Shown here one piece after another: positions 41,982 through 54,165 of a stretch of 64,000 nucleotides of DNA. The notes beneath the pieces are model-generated. The model had not been told where the DNA came from. It searched no databases and was given only the letters and a program-made list of their open reading frames with translations. Both the position numbers and the translations under genes were made by a program. Within the stretch, counting starts at the first letter, position 1, and each line of letters starts with the position of its first letter. This stretch comes from Trichoplax adhaerens (taxonomy: Eukaryota; Animalia; Placozoa), in contig NW_002060949.1 of NCBI RefSeq assembly GCF_000150275.1, positions 4,765,915 to 4,829,914 of the forward strand. Reading direction: 5' to 3'.

Positions 41982-44900
41982 ATGGCTAACCTATTGCGTC
42001 TTAGACCGTTGAAAGGAATCAGAGCAAATCCATGGATGGCAGGATGTTTGAAAGGATCAAAGATGCCGTTCAATGATAGTGGAAGGCTGTTCATACGACG
42101 TGGGATTGTCTTATCAACAAGTGTAAAAAATTCCCATCATCATCCAGTCCAATGTCGGCAGGAAACACCTCCTCAAGATGAGACCATCAAATTTGATAAT
42201 TATCGAATTGCTTACAAGGATAAAACTCCATTAGAACTTTTACGTGGAGTTTTGGTCTACAGATCGTTAACGATCGATTATTTAGTTGATAATGCTATCT
42301 GGGTACGTCCATACAAACATTAGCGCCATCGGTCATGATGAATATTAAAAGGATGAATTAGAATTGTATTCATTAAAAGTTCAAAGTGTTATACAATATA
42401 AAACTACGGTACTGCACTACGTCTTCTTCACCATGGATTAATCAATACATTTAGCAAGGTCAATTCAACAAGTCAATGATCCTACTGTATACATACGCAA
42501 ATCGAATTTTTCAATGAGTTGATGTTTAACGTAAAAGCTGCTTTTAAATGTGTTCGGACTAGTCTAAGGATTAATAGAGAGAGCTGCATCGACCTACAGT
42601 ACTCATAATTCTATGGTTGGCAATAGTCCATGCTTCCATATACTCCACTACTCGTTATTACTGTAAATACTATACACTGTATAGGTTATCCCTCGATATT
42701 CACTATGAAATTATCTACTCTTTCCTTTGACCCTAAATAGGACTGTAAAACTCTTGCTATGATTCACCTTGCAAGTGGTTCTTAATTGACTTTCAATCTT
42801 TCTATTATACTAATAGATTATGAAGAAATCCAGGAGCTTACTTGGTAGAACTTTATTCGATAAATTGATGCGAGCAACAATTTATGGTCAGTTCGTAGCT
42901 GGCGAAAATCGAACCGAAATTATGACTAAAATTCATAAGATGGCTGATTGTGGCGTCAGTCCTATTCTAGATTATGCTACTGAGGAAGATATCACTCGCA
43001 ACCAGGTTGTTAAGGCCATGAAGTAAGTTACATAGTGCTAGTATAGATGGTAAAATAGTGAGGAAATGAATTAGTGATACATCCAACGTAAATAAATTCA
43101 CTCATAGCGTAGAGTGTTGAATCCAGTATACAAACTGATCCATACTAGGCTCCCTATTAATCTTACCCATGAATTTTATCTCGAAGCTTTACAAAAGTTA
43201 TTGATTCTCTTGTAACTACAATTTAAATTTATTCTACTCGTGATGTTTAACCATGATCAAGTGTACAGTACTTCGGTAACTAAGTTGAAACTGTTGTTCC
43301 ATCTCTTTTGTAAATTTTCATGCATCTATTAGCTAGTAAAATGTACATACTTTATTTTAGCATTACTTTATTATATAGATTAGTTCTTCTACAAATGATT
43401 ATCTACATCTATCTCTCTGTAATAGGAGCCGAAAAATAACTGTATAGAACGTAGCAACATATACTTGCATATGTGCAGGATATAAACGTTACAAAAATAC
43501 TCGAATGTAGTGTGTGATAGAACATTCAACCCACTTAATACGCTAGTCGTGATATCTACACAACAAGTGTTACCATGGATCTCTGCTGTACCTTCGATAC
43601 TTTATATCAGGGGCTACTCATCTTTAGAGTAGTCTCTATTTTGTATTACAATTTTTCTACTATTAATTATCACCTTTGAAGTACTGTACAGGTCGAACAC
43701 GAAATTTCTATGTCCTCCAATATACGGGTATTCATACTACAGTACGATGTATCATATATATCCGTGCATTATACTTATTATATAATATACTGTATATGTG
43801 CCAACTGAAATGGATGATTGCAAATATTGCGTACCGGAAATTATATGCAATTGACAGACTCTAAAGTAGATAATCATTCTTTGCATATACCATGCATTTG
43901 AGCTCACATTTTCACACATAACCTAATACGATTTGCACCTGGATGCGATTTCTATATAGAAATTCTACAACCTGTGCTAACCCCATATACGGTATCTTCA
44001 TGCTCCTATAAAGCGTATACTGCACAAGTTAAATACGCAATATTTCTTAAAAAACTACTAAAGCAAAAGTACTGCTAGAGAAAAGTACTTCGTACCGACA
44101 TTTCTTGTATATACACATAATTATACAGTACTATATAGTATCTTATTAGCATACACTCTGTATGCATTAATTGTACAGTGTCATTTAAAGATTAATCTGT
44201 AGATTGACATTAATGTAATTATAGTTTCAATTCTTATAAATTTTATATCATCTAATATCTTGCTCTTATTAATTATTTGCAACAGCAAGGAAATGGTTAG
44301 TGCGAAATTGGAAACAGGTAACCTACTGTCTATACTTGACACGATTCAATATTTAAATAATATTTTCGCTAGTTAAGCATACATTGTTGGCTGTACACTT
44401 TACTAATGAACATTTATGTTAATTAATTAACCACATTGCACCTTATTATGACTTTCGCTAAAACATGAATACACTTTTAACTACAGATAGTTTTGTGAAT
44501 GTTACAAATTCAGTCATGTAAATCGAGAATAAGAAGTTCTTTTTTCATATACTACTGTATTCGTTCACTTTGTCTTTGTTTTACTAGTTAATACTTTACG
44601 AATTATCAAATTTCAGCTACATAAGCGAGGTGTGACTGTACGTATACACGTGATCTAATCAGCCACAAAATAGCAACTTTTGCTATAGTCAACCCTACCT
44701 AGCCAAGTGTATACCTTAACATATTCAATTCATACCGGTTTTATATTTATTTTTACTCAACAACTACAGTTAGCACTAGAGTTCCAGTTGAAACTCAATT
44801 TCAAGCGGATGAGCGATTTGCCGATCGTCGGGAAAACGTAATTTGTGCAAGAACGTACTTCTACGAGGGCGAACGAAAGTGTGATGAAAATCTAGAAACA

Positions 44901-47900
44901 TTTATGCGCTGCATCGAAACTGCCAGTAAGAGCTAATATAATAGAAAATTATCTAGTAGATAAGATGTAATTATTGATCTTGCAATGGAAAGATTGATTA
45001 AGTTCATTATCCGTATCTTGTGAGCTTTGTTTGCATTTGATTATAACTTTCAAAGAGATAATTATATCTTGCACTAAGTATTTGTCACAATTCAAACTCT
45101 ACGACAAGGAAACGTAAAGTAAAAGTCTATAAATAACTACTGACTTAAACGCTCTTTTACTAAACGTTAACCACACACAGCAAAGTACCGTAAAGATAGA
45201 AATTTTATTAGCATGGACGCATCTACAACTTTTCACGACTCAATTTAACTCAAAATGTCCCCGTTTATATAGAAACCGTCTAACTTGTAAACGATAGTAT
45301 TATTATTATACCTTACTAAGAGAGACATCTCGAACTAAGATATTCCTTGCATAGCTTTATCTATAAGTAAATATTTTTAACCTATTAACTCACACTTAAT
45401 CTTAATCTAAGCATGTATGCCGCCTAGTTCAACTATTATAAGCTAGAACTTGAATCATCTTACTACTATCTACGCATAATAACAATCACTATCAAATATG
45501 TAACAAACTATCACAAATAATATCCACGTTAAAGCATTACTTATCTAACCGAGCACTACAAATATGGATATTTTTCATATTAGCAAATACTGTACTATTA
45601 AACTATCCTAGCGGTAAGGTAGCGCCGTAACAGTATTAAATTATGCTTATTAACAGTAAGTACAGCAAATATTATATGCCTATTTGCAGATCTGAATCAT
45701 TTAGCGGAGCAGAAGTATTATTTGAACTATTTCAACTGCTGTTAGATCGTTTTATTTTTATGTTTCTATGAAATTTCGACATTTAGAACAAAATGCCGCT
45801 TTTAAATGATTATCATATTAGACTTTACTTTTATCATCAGTTAAGATGATGATAAAGACTAAAAGTTATTGTAATGAAATGAACGACATAATTATAGAAG
45901 GCATGGGTAGGCGCCCACTTATTGCTGTAAAAGTGACCGCATTGGGAGAGCCTAGGCTGCTAGTAAGTGATACGAGTATGATTATTAGTAAAGCAGAACG
46001 TATGTATGTCATTGATTTATTACTTATAATATCGTTTATCGATTAACAGCTTATATTATAACTGATATAGATTTACAATAATTTGCCATTATCTAATTAT
46101 ACCTCGTATAGACGATGAAGTAATATTGCTACGTATATACGTATATCTGTAGTTTCTACTGATATAGATCTACAATAATATGCCATTATCTAATTATACC
46201 TCGTATAGACGATGAAGTAATATTACTCCGTATATACATATGTCTATAGTTACTACGGATATAGATTTGCAATGATTTACCATTATCTAATATACCTCGT
46301 ATAGACGATGAAGTAATATTATTACGTATATACGTATATCTGTAGTTACAGCTGTCCGCTACTCTTAATCAGACCGAAAGTCTCTTTAACCTAATCGCTA
46401 TTCAAGCTGATGATGCTATGGATCGCTGTATCACGTTGGAAAGCTTTAAGAAAGCGTTAGATAAACTACAGGTGAAATTCATAATTGTGATATTAAATAA
46501 TCATAATTAATGAAACAACTAGGCAGCTCCAGTATCCGTAACCTTAGGTGTACCCGCTATAATGACTATTATACAGTATTTGCTAATATCAACTGCTTTT
46601 TCTCATGCCTTGGCAGCCATGTACATTTCTGTTTATAACACCTACTTTGCATTAATTAAAAGATGCCGCTTACTAATGAACAAGCCACTGAAGTGTTCAG
46701 CTGGATTGATATAAATGAAACTGGGTGTGTGCCGTAGATGTATGATAGAATATAAATTATTAGAATTCTAAACATTATCAATAAAGTAATCGTTTTATTA
46801 CAAAATATAGAAAAATAGGAAGGATTGATTGGGGTAGAGCTCTACAACCTCATATGAAGGTTACCAACTTCTTTTCCAAATTAAAGGTAATATCTTAAAA
46901 TAATTAGCCACCATTGTGATACCGTTTAATCGTTTATTATTACCGTTTTTGAATTTAAAATAACATCAAAATTTCTAGGATGCGACTGGTAAGCCATTAT
47001 TCGTTCCATTGGAAGAAGAAGATCTAATACAATGGAAGAAAGTTGTACATAGGCTTCAAGCTCTTGTTGAGGTATGTCTAACCTCTACACCCTCGCACGT
47101 TATTAACAGTGTTTGTCAGCTATTAGTCTTAATGCTTGCCTACTCTTTCAGTGTGCTATCCATAGGAATGTTACTCTTATGGTAGATGCGGAACAGACTT
47201 ATTTTCAACCCGCAATAAGTTGTTTAACAAAAGATTTGCAAAAGGTCTACAATAAAGAAAAAGGATATGTCTTTAATACATATCAATGCTATTTAAAGGT
47301 AGTTTATCGCTATTTTAGCCTTAGCATGATGTTATACAAATTGACTCTTATCGCTTAAAAGAAGTAATTAATAATACTTGAGTAGAACACGCCCTGCGCA
47401 CTAGCAACTGACTTGGCAGAAGCTAAAAGAGAGAATTACATATTTGGAGTTAAGCTAGTTAGGGGAGCTTACATGGATCAAGAAAGATTGCGTGCAGAAA
47501 CTTTAGGTTATGAGGATCCAGTCCAACCTAACATAGAATCAACGACACAATGTTATAATAAAATGTTAACCATGATTATGAATAACATAAAAAACTCGGA
47601 AATAATTGTCGCTTCTCACAATGAGGGAACGGTTAAATTTGCTATCGAAAAGTAGGAGTTAATATTCTTTTTCTAGTCTGCATTAATTTACCTATTGGAA
47701 TGATTTTACAATCGATTACGAATTTATTGTAGGATGAAAGAACTTGACATACGAAAAGATGAGAATAAGGTACTGTTTGGTCAACTATACGGAATGTGCG
47801 ATCGAATTACGTATGCGTTAGGTAAGATACAATTCATTCTTTGTATTTCCCTTTTAATAAAGAAATGTCTATGACACCGTAAGAGACTACTATATAGCTT

Positions 47901-48173
47901 AACATTGCAAACAATGCTAAAATATTGATCGAATGTTGTTGAATGTACTGCCAAACAGGAGCTGCTGGTTATTGTGCGTATAAGCTTGTTCCGTACGGTC
48001 CAGTTGACGAGGTATTACCGTATTTAACTCGTAGAGCTTTAGAAAACAGAGGATTTGTTTCGGGAGCTACGCGAGAACGAGAACTGATGTGGAAGGAATT
48101 TAAGCACCGTTATTTTTCTGATAAATCTGGAACTGATAATATCGATAATATGAATAAATACAACGTCAATTAG
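41982..48173 (+). CDS. PRODH: Mitochondrial proline dehydrogenase (proline oxidase), ~617 aa, 13 exons
   Basis: Exons 41982-42302, 42817-43022, 44286-44317, 44770-44925, 45898-45962, 46346-46471, 46663-46724, 46811-46886, 46979-47071, 47152-47298, 47386-47651, 47733-47821, 47959-48173 join in frame. Motifs: [106 protein letters not shown]. Confidence 0.96.
45083..45632 (-). mobile_element. Solo LTR (550 bp), copy 2, in a PRODH intron
   Basis: Begins TGTCACAAT and ends CCGTAACA, flanked by 5-bp TSD GTATT (45078-45082 / 45633-45637). Diverged but colinear with 34949-35500. Confidence 0.88.
46061..46350. repeat. Intronic tandem repeat, ~97-bp unit x3, overlapping the PRODH exon-6 acceptor
   Basis: GATATAGAT...CCATTATCTAAT(T)ATACCTCGTATAGACGATGAAGTAATATT...TCTRTAGTT occurs three times (46061, 46158, 46255). 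Confidence 0.92.
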
Positions 48174-49003
48174 AACTTATTTTAAAACATTATGACTACG
48201 TATGGCCCCTTGCAATCTCAGATGCCTGTTACTTAAAGTATAAACGGTATCACATTTTATATTAACTATTTTGTGTCACTCGCTTTCTTCAAATGGAACA
48301 TTATAAACCTGTATGGTAACGCTTTTACAATATGTTCCAGGTAAAGTGTGCTTGTGTTTTACGTAATCATCGAAAGATGGATGAATTTTAAAGAATGCGA
48401 TAAGTTAAATTTAGCCTATCTAGTTTATTTCTTTTCATATAATGCAGCGATACTCAACCTATGTACATACAGTACTATTTCAAAATATGCATTTTGAACA
48501 AGGAGGCCGAAGCCTTAGTTGAATTAGTACGTCTATCAAGCAATACTCGTATTTGGTAACATGGCTACAGTAGCCCGTAGATGTTATATATGACCTTTTT
48601 ATTTATTGATGAGGCTTACATCGCAATTATCACTTGTTTTCATGTATAATACAGTGCAATAGTATCTCATTTGAGGAATAGAACTTACAGAAATTATAAT
48701 CTTTGTATCAACTTCGCTACATCTATATCGAAGAAGACAAAAGTCATTTTAATGACTTTACAAATAAAAGAAAGCCTTGAATGTACGAATCAGTTCATAA
48801 ATTTCTCTGTTAAAAAAATAGAAACTTTCAAATTTACGAACGTCACATTAGCTATATTACAAATAAGTGTATTTGAAATAGCAGACCCTAATCAGGAAAT
48901 TTTCAATATTATACGTAGTATCAATAGAAGCAAAAAGGAGATAAAACTGATCAAAAATGAGTAATCATTATAAAATAAATGTTTAGTAAACCATAAGTTT
49001 TCA

Positions 49004-51778
49004 TTAAGTTCGAGAAGCCTGAACCTAAAGGAGAAAAGCAATCGTTATGACAATATCAGTATTAGCAAATAAAACAGCTATAATGTCTATACTAACGCGT
49101 ACCCTATTTCATAGCTACAATAAATCGTAACAGAAATAGATTATATCGTTAAATAGTGGATGTGCATTGTAATATAGTGACTCACCTTGTCTTTCATTTG
49201 CTGACAAAGTCGTAAAGCTAGTGAGATACTTCTTAAAACATTGGACAGTCTTGGTATACACGTTTCTACCTGAGGAACAGAAAACGCTCATTTTAAGAAC
49301 GGCAACACCCCCATCAATTCCGGCAGTATTTGTTGAGCATTAAAAATATGCGCCGACAAAATATTTATCGAAATACCTGCATATTATGCGCTATCTCATA
49401 CATGACTTTGGCACCGGACAGCTGCGTGTTTATGCTATATTTAGAGAATGCGGATTGTTACTGTGACGTCATTCAATAACGATGCGATGAAACTTTCTCA
49501 TATGGAGAATATACTTACAACGTAGTACCAATTAAACTTGTATTCCCAGGTTTCTATTAAAATATATAATTCAAGATCGCGTTCAAAATTATGAAATATT
49601 TTATCTTGTAGTAAGATCATAGGAAAAAATGGATTATTAATTGGTTGTGAAAAGTTTAAAATCATACATATTGGATCTGGGAGGCTTGATTAGGGGATTT
49701 AAGATTGAAAAAGTATAATTTCATGATCAATTGGTCTCTATTGATATAAAAGTCGGTCAATACATCTTCAGGCAATGGAGGATCAAACATATTCTAAATA
49801 TTTAAATCGAGAACATAATTATACAGTTAGATAACAAAAAGTCGTCAATGTTGCATTACTATCATAATAGGTATTACACTGCTTTCGGAATTTAAGATTT
49901 CAGCTGGATGTCTGATAGTAGGTAAAATTAAGGCGGTTTCAGCTTGACTTAAGCTATTCATGAAGTTATCAATAATCTAATGTGAAATGAAGACAATAAT
50001 GTACAAATATTACTTCCAGATCTCTATATAATAAAAAGTATTGCATCACATTTATCTAAAACTAAGACAACACCGTGACTTTGTAAATATGAATTTTATT
50101 GATACCCACTTTACAAACTTCATCGCCGGACTTGAAAAGCTTGCCTTTCGTTTGCTCAAAAGACTTTAATGCTATATTTACAAACCGAGTTGCGTCTCGT
50201 AACTATTGAAAAGGTAGTTGTAAAATTAAGTTACTTGGAAGTATAGGGCCATTTTCGATACTAAATAACAATATCTTTACTAAATTAGTATTAATACCTT
50301 AACATCATAAACTTCTAAACATTATACGATAATTCATTAATAGAGAGTTAGTAATACGTTGCGGTAAGAGTGATTGTTTTAGGAGTTATCGTGAACACTT
50401 GTGTATGTTAAACAATACCACACTCATTGTGTCTACTGTATGTATTCATAGTTTTAGGTACACATTTACTAGAGCATATTTTTGTTTGCGAAGAATGTTG
50501 TACCCTACAAAGCTAATATCGAAATTAGCTCAATACATTCAAATCTTAATGGATAAATTTACCTGAAATAATCTAAGAGGCCAACATTCACGAATTCCAA
50601 TTGAGACCTGGGTAGGATTCACTTTACTAGGCCTTGTAACCGTAATATCCTTTAATCAATGCAAAAATCGCAGATTTATCTAATCTCTAAACTATTTTAC
50701 ATAGCTATATAGTATTAAATTACGTTATTAAAGTTAATGAAAATAAATCATTTCATGCCACTTACCGCTTTAGTTATACTATCTGCATTGATAGTGATAA
50801 TGCCCTTAACTAAATCTTTCCTTTATTGCATATACGAAATAATAAATGTAAATCAAATAGAGAGATTTGGACTACGTTATCCTGTACTATCATTCTTTCG
50901 TTATGATTTATTTTAGAAAGGATAAATTTCTTAATATGCTAAGTAAATATTTCGTACTTACTGGGGCAAAGTCATTTTAAAATTTTCAGGCTTTGCTTCA
51001 GAATCTTCAACTTTGATAAGGGAAGGTGTCATTAAAGATATTAGAATTGAATATATCAAATAACAAGATCGCCGAATCGGATGCTGAAATTATATTACTG
51101 TTGTACCGTAATTCTTATGATTTAGAAATATACAGTACAGTATGATAATTACCGTATACTTGCATATTATTTATTTAAATCTTATAAGGTACAGTGTATC
51201 AAGTAGTCAGCATAGTCATGACTTAACAATGCTCTCTGTTGAAGCTTAGAGTAAAGTGGCATCAACGTGCATTTAAACGGTTACAAAACTTCAGTATCAA
51301 CGAGAGGCAGTTAATGGCATGTACCATGCATGGTGTTTTATATGAACAGCAAGATGCAATAAATAGATAATAGATACTTTACTCTCTCAATGGAGAACTA
51401 AATAATGGGTTAAGATCACACAGTAATCAAGCACGTGAAATAAAACTTGCTATTTTTGATGATGTAAAAATTAGTAACTCAACTTACCTATTACATTCAT
51501 TACTCCTAAATTTTGTTCAGAAATCTAATAAGCAAAATCAACAGGAGCATTTTAAAGTCCAGTTAAATATGATGAATACAATGATTACGGGTCGTAGAAT
51601 AATTTAATATATGAAAGACGCTTCTGAGTATTATTAAAGGGATTTTACTGTTGAATCATTGACTATACAAAGATACGACGATAGACAGTACTTGACTGAT
51701 AGGCACCTTAATAAATTCACCAAGACGATTGAAATCTTGTGGCAAATCGTAATGTAGCAACCATTGAAATTCCTTACC
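49004..51778 (-). CDS. ROGDI: ROGDI (Rav2/Rabconnectin-3 subunit) homolog; start-codon exon unresolved (probably within 52100-52690)
   Basis: Minus-strand exons 51707-51778, 51488-51524, 50962-51010, 50766-50820, 50563-50649, 50110-50202, 49878-49976, 49668-49793, 49519-49553, 49377-49434, 49186-49269, 49004-49024 join in frame. Peptides KEFQWLLH, DLVKGIITINADSITKA, FKSGDEV, MFDPPLPEDVLTDFYIN and VETCIPRLSNVLRSISLALRLCQQMKDK resemble recalled human ROGDI (EEFRWLLH; MFAPALPSDLLVNVYIN; LQLCQQLKDK). Confidence 0.88.
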
Positions 51779-52714
51779 CTGCACGTTATGAATAGTAAGC
51801 AGTCTTTAAACATATTATTCGATGAAAATATACGTATGAAAACTGTAGCTGTCAGCAAGCGAATAGTGGAGATTGACTAATTTTAAACTTTCGACCTTGC
51901 ATAAGGGTATCACGAATCAAAAGAGTTAGTCGCCTTTATCAATATAGCAGCAAATAGGAATTCAAGTTTGTAAGTTTACTAGTCTCAGTTACAATAAGTT
52001 AAGCAGAAATCATTTACATTTCCTTATAAAATTGGTATCAGGCTACAACTGATTTTTTTAGTTCTTTCGACTAACCATAGTGCAAGTTTTTTTAATTAGA
52101 ATATAAATTTTACAGCTAGCTTACTGAGTCAATGAATAATCTCTGGAGAGATTTAAGAATGGATCTGAAATTGCAATTCTACGCGCATGATATACTCAAT
52201 CAATTTTATAACTATCTGCAGAGTTGATATTCCCTAGAGATTATTACTATTATTATTATTCTAATTATCTGTCAACTCTCAAGCGTTGTTTACAACGATG
52301 CCTGCAGGTATGGTAAGCAAGCTAGTAAGTAAAATTGAAGCAAGTGTAATCTATACGAAGAATAATTGAGAGAATAACAAGTTGCCAACAAAGTACTGAG
52401 TGGGAAACCCAGTTATCATAGGCATAATTTATAGTGGCTATTCATAATTTAATTACCATTGCGTATTTGCGTTGTTACTGTACATGTAAATTGCAATTAC
52501 GTCCATATCATCACTACATACTACAGACCACGTAATAGCAATGATAATAATGGAATAATTTTTTCGGACTAGAAAAGCAATATGGTATAAAATAGTAGTG
52601 GTAGTACTCTACTACAACAACCTCAGTGACTGAATTTCCGTCTAATTTAACTGACTTTAGAGAAGAAACGAAGACTGCGGTCTCTAATACTGTACAGTAA
52701 TACAGTAGTATGAA

Positions 52715-53435
52715 AACACACTGGCTGCAGAATTGCATGAGGTATGATGGACATTCTTGTAATATTTCAAGCAACAGAAAGTCATGTGTTTCATAATATG
52801 GTGCGATCTAATATTAATGATGATCCATGATTATCCAATAAATTTATCATTGTTGGCAAAAAATGACAGAAGATGAAGCTTTCAATTGATTGCTTGTAGG
52901 ACATTGCAATCCTCATCGAACGTAGCTGTTCCCTAAGCTATTGAATCTTTCATTCACATGCAGAAGATTAACATGTTGCAATGTGCTCCCCCCATTTCTT
53001 ACACTGCGGTCATAAAAGTATCCTTTAAGTAATGGTAAGATATGAAAATTGGAAAGGGAAATCGACCTCTTAGATAGCAGCTTTCATACTGACAACATGC
53101 CTGTAATTTTGGTATCCTATGTTAAGATTTTGCTCTTCTCTACCGACCTTATTGACATTTTCCTTTTGTAGTTGCTGACGAAGTGGGGTAACATTTGCAA
53201 ATGCTGCCATCGTCACCACAGCCAATCGAACATGGAAAGTGCGTCGTAGTTCAGTAATTTAGTTTTGTCACTCTCTCTCTCTCTCTCCTACAATAAATGG
53301 CTAATTTGAATCATGGCTCTATATCATAAGATAGTTTGTTCAATCCAACACCTCCACCCATCAAGACTGGAGAATTTGCTGAGGAAAGTGTGCAAGGGCA
53401 GTAAATCTTGATGATGAGATCAAAGCCATTAGAGT
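52715..53435 (-). ncRNA. Candidate structured non-coding RNA (or long structured leader of ROGDI)
   Basis: No credible ORF, higher GC than its flanks, several stems visible by eye with G-U pairs favouring the minus strand, and a TACAGT cluster immediately upstream. No RNA family recognised. Confidence 0.3.
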
Positions 53436-53478
53436 ACAAAGTACTGTATATTTGGGGTCCAGTACCGTACTGTACAAA

Positions 53479-54165
53479 GTGTCCGAGAAACTTTTACGTA
53501 TTTCAACGAAAGTAAAATGATAAAAAATGTACAGAACTTTAACAAATCGCATGCCAAATCATAGAGCAGAAATCCAATAAGGCGAATCCGTCGTTATAAT
53601 TTGCGTACGATATCGAATTTCGAAATAATTATTCATTAAAGTACGCCGATTGCTACAGTACTAAGAAAAAAAAAGAGGGTTTTGTGTACTGTACTGTATG
53701 TACTGTAGCAGCAGGCCTTCGTGGCGAGAATTCAGGTACTGTAGCTTGGGAATGAGTACATTCTGCCTACCCAAACCTCACTCAGTACCGTCAAGGTTAA
53801 TATAACTTTTCTAGCGCTACTAGAAAATCACTTCAGAACAGTACATGAATACAGTGTACAGTACTATATACTGTAGCGTTGAACCCATCCACTGTAACTG
53901 TACAGTGTACAGTACAGCCTATAGTACATTGTAGTGAAAACAGTAAGTACTGTACAGTAGTACAGTTGTGCATTCGTACGAAAGCAAAATAATAAATAAT
54001 GTACAAAATTTTAACAAATTGCACGTCAAACCATAGAGCAGAAATCCAATAACACGAATTCGTCGTTATAATTTGCGTATGATGTCGAATTTCGAAATAA
54101 TTATTCATTAAAGTACGCCGATTGCTACAGTACTAAGAAAAAAATGAGGGTTTTGTGTAAAGTAC
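53479..54165. repeat. Two copies of a ~190-bp module (53479-53690, ~53975-54165); diverged relatives at ~41428-41645 and ~54180-54390
   Basis: The two copies share CATAGAGCAGAAATCCAATAA...CGTCGTTATAATTTGCGTA.GAT.TCGAATTTCGAAATAATTATTCATTAAAGTACGCCGATTGCTACAGTACTAAGAAAAAA. The 41428 copy shares TCCGAGAAA, AATGTACAGAACTT.AACAAAT and TAATTTGCGTAC.ATATC. Confidence 0.85.

Noticed and set aside
48671-48964. 97-aa + strand ORF
   Set aside because: AT-rich, no motifs, and lies in the convergent 3'UTR zone of ROGDI/PRODH.
52715-53435. Telomerase RNA, RNase P/MRP, U3 or spliceosomal snRNA identity for the structured segment
   Set aside because: No CTAACCCT-type template, P4 consensus, box motifs or Sm site in proper context were found, so it is left as an unassigned candidate.
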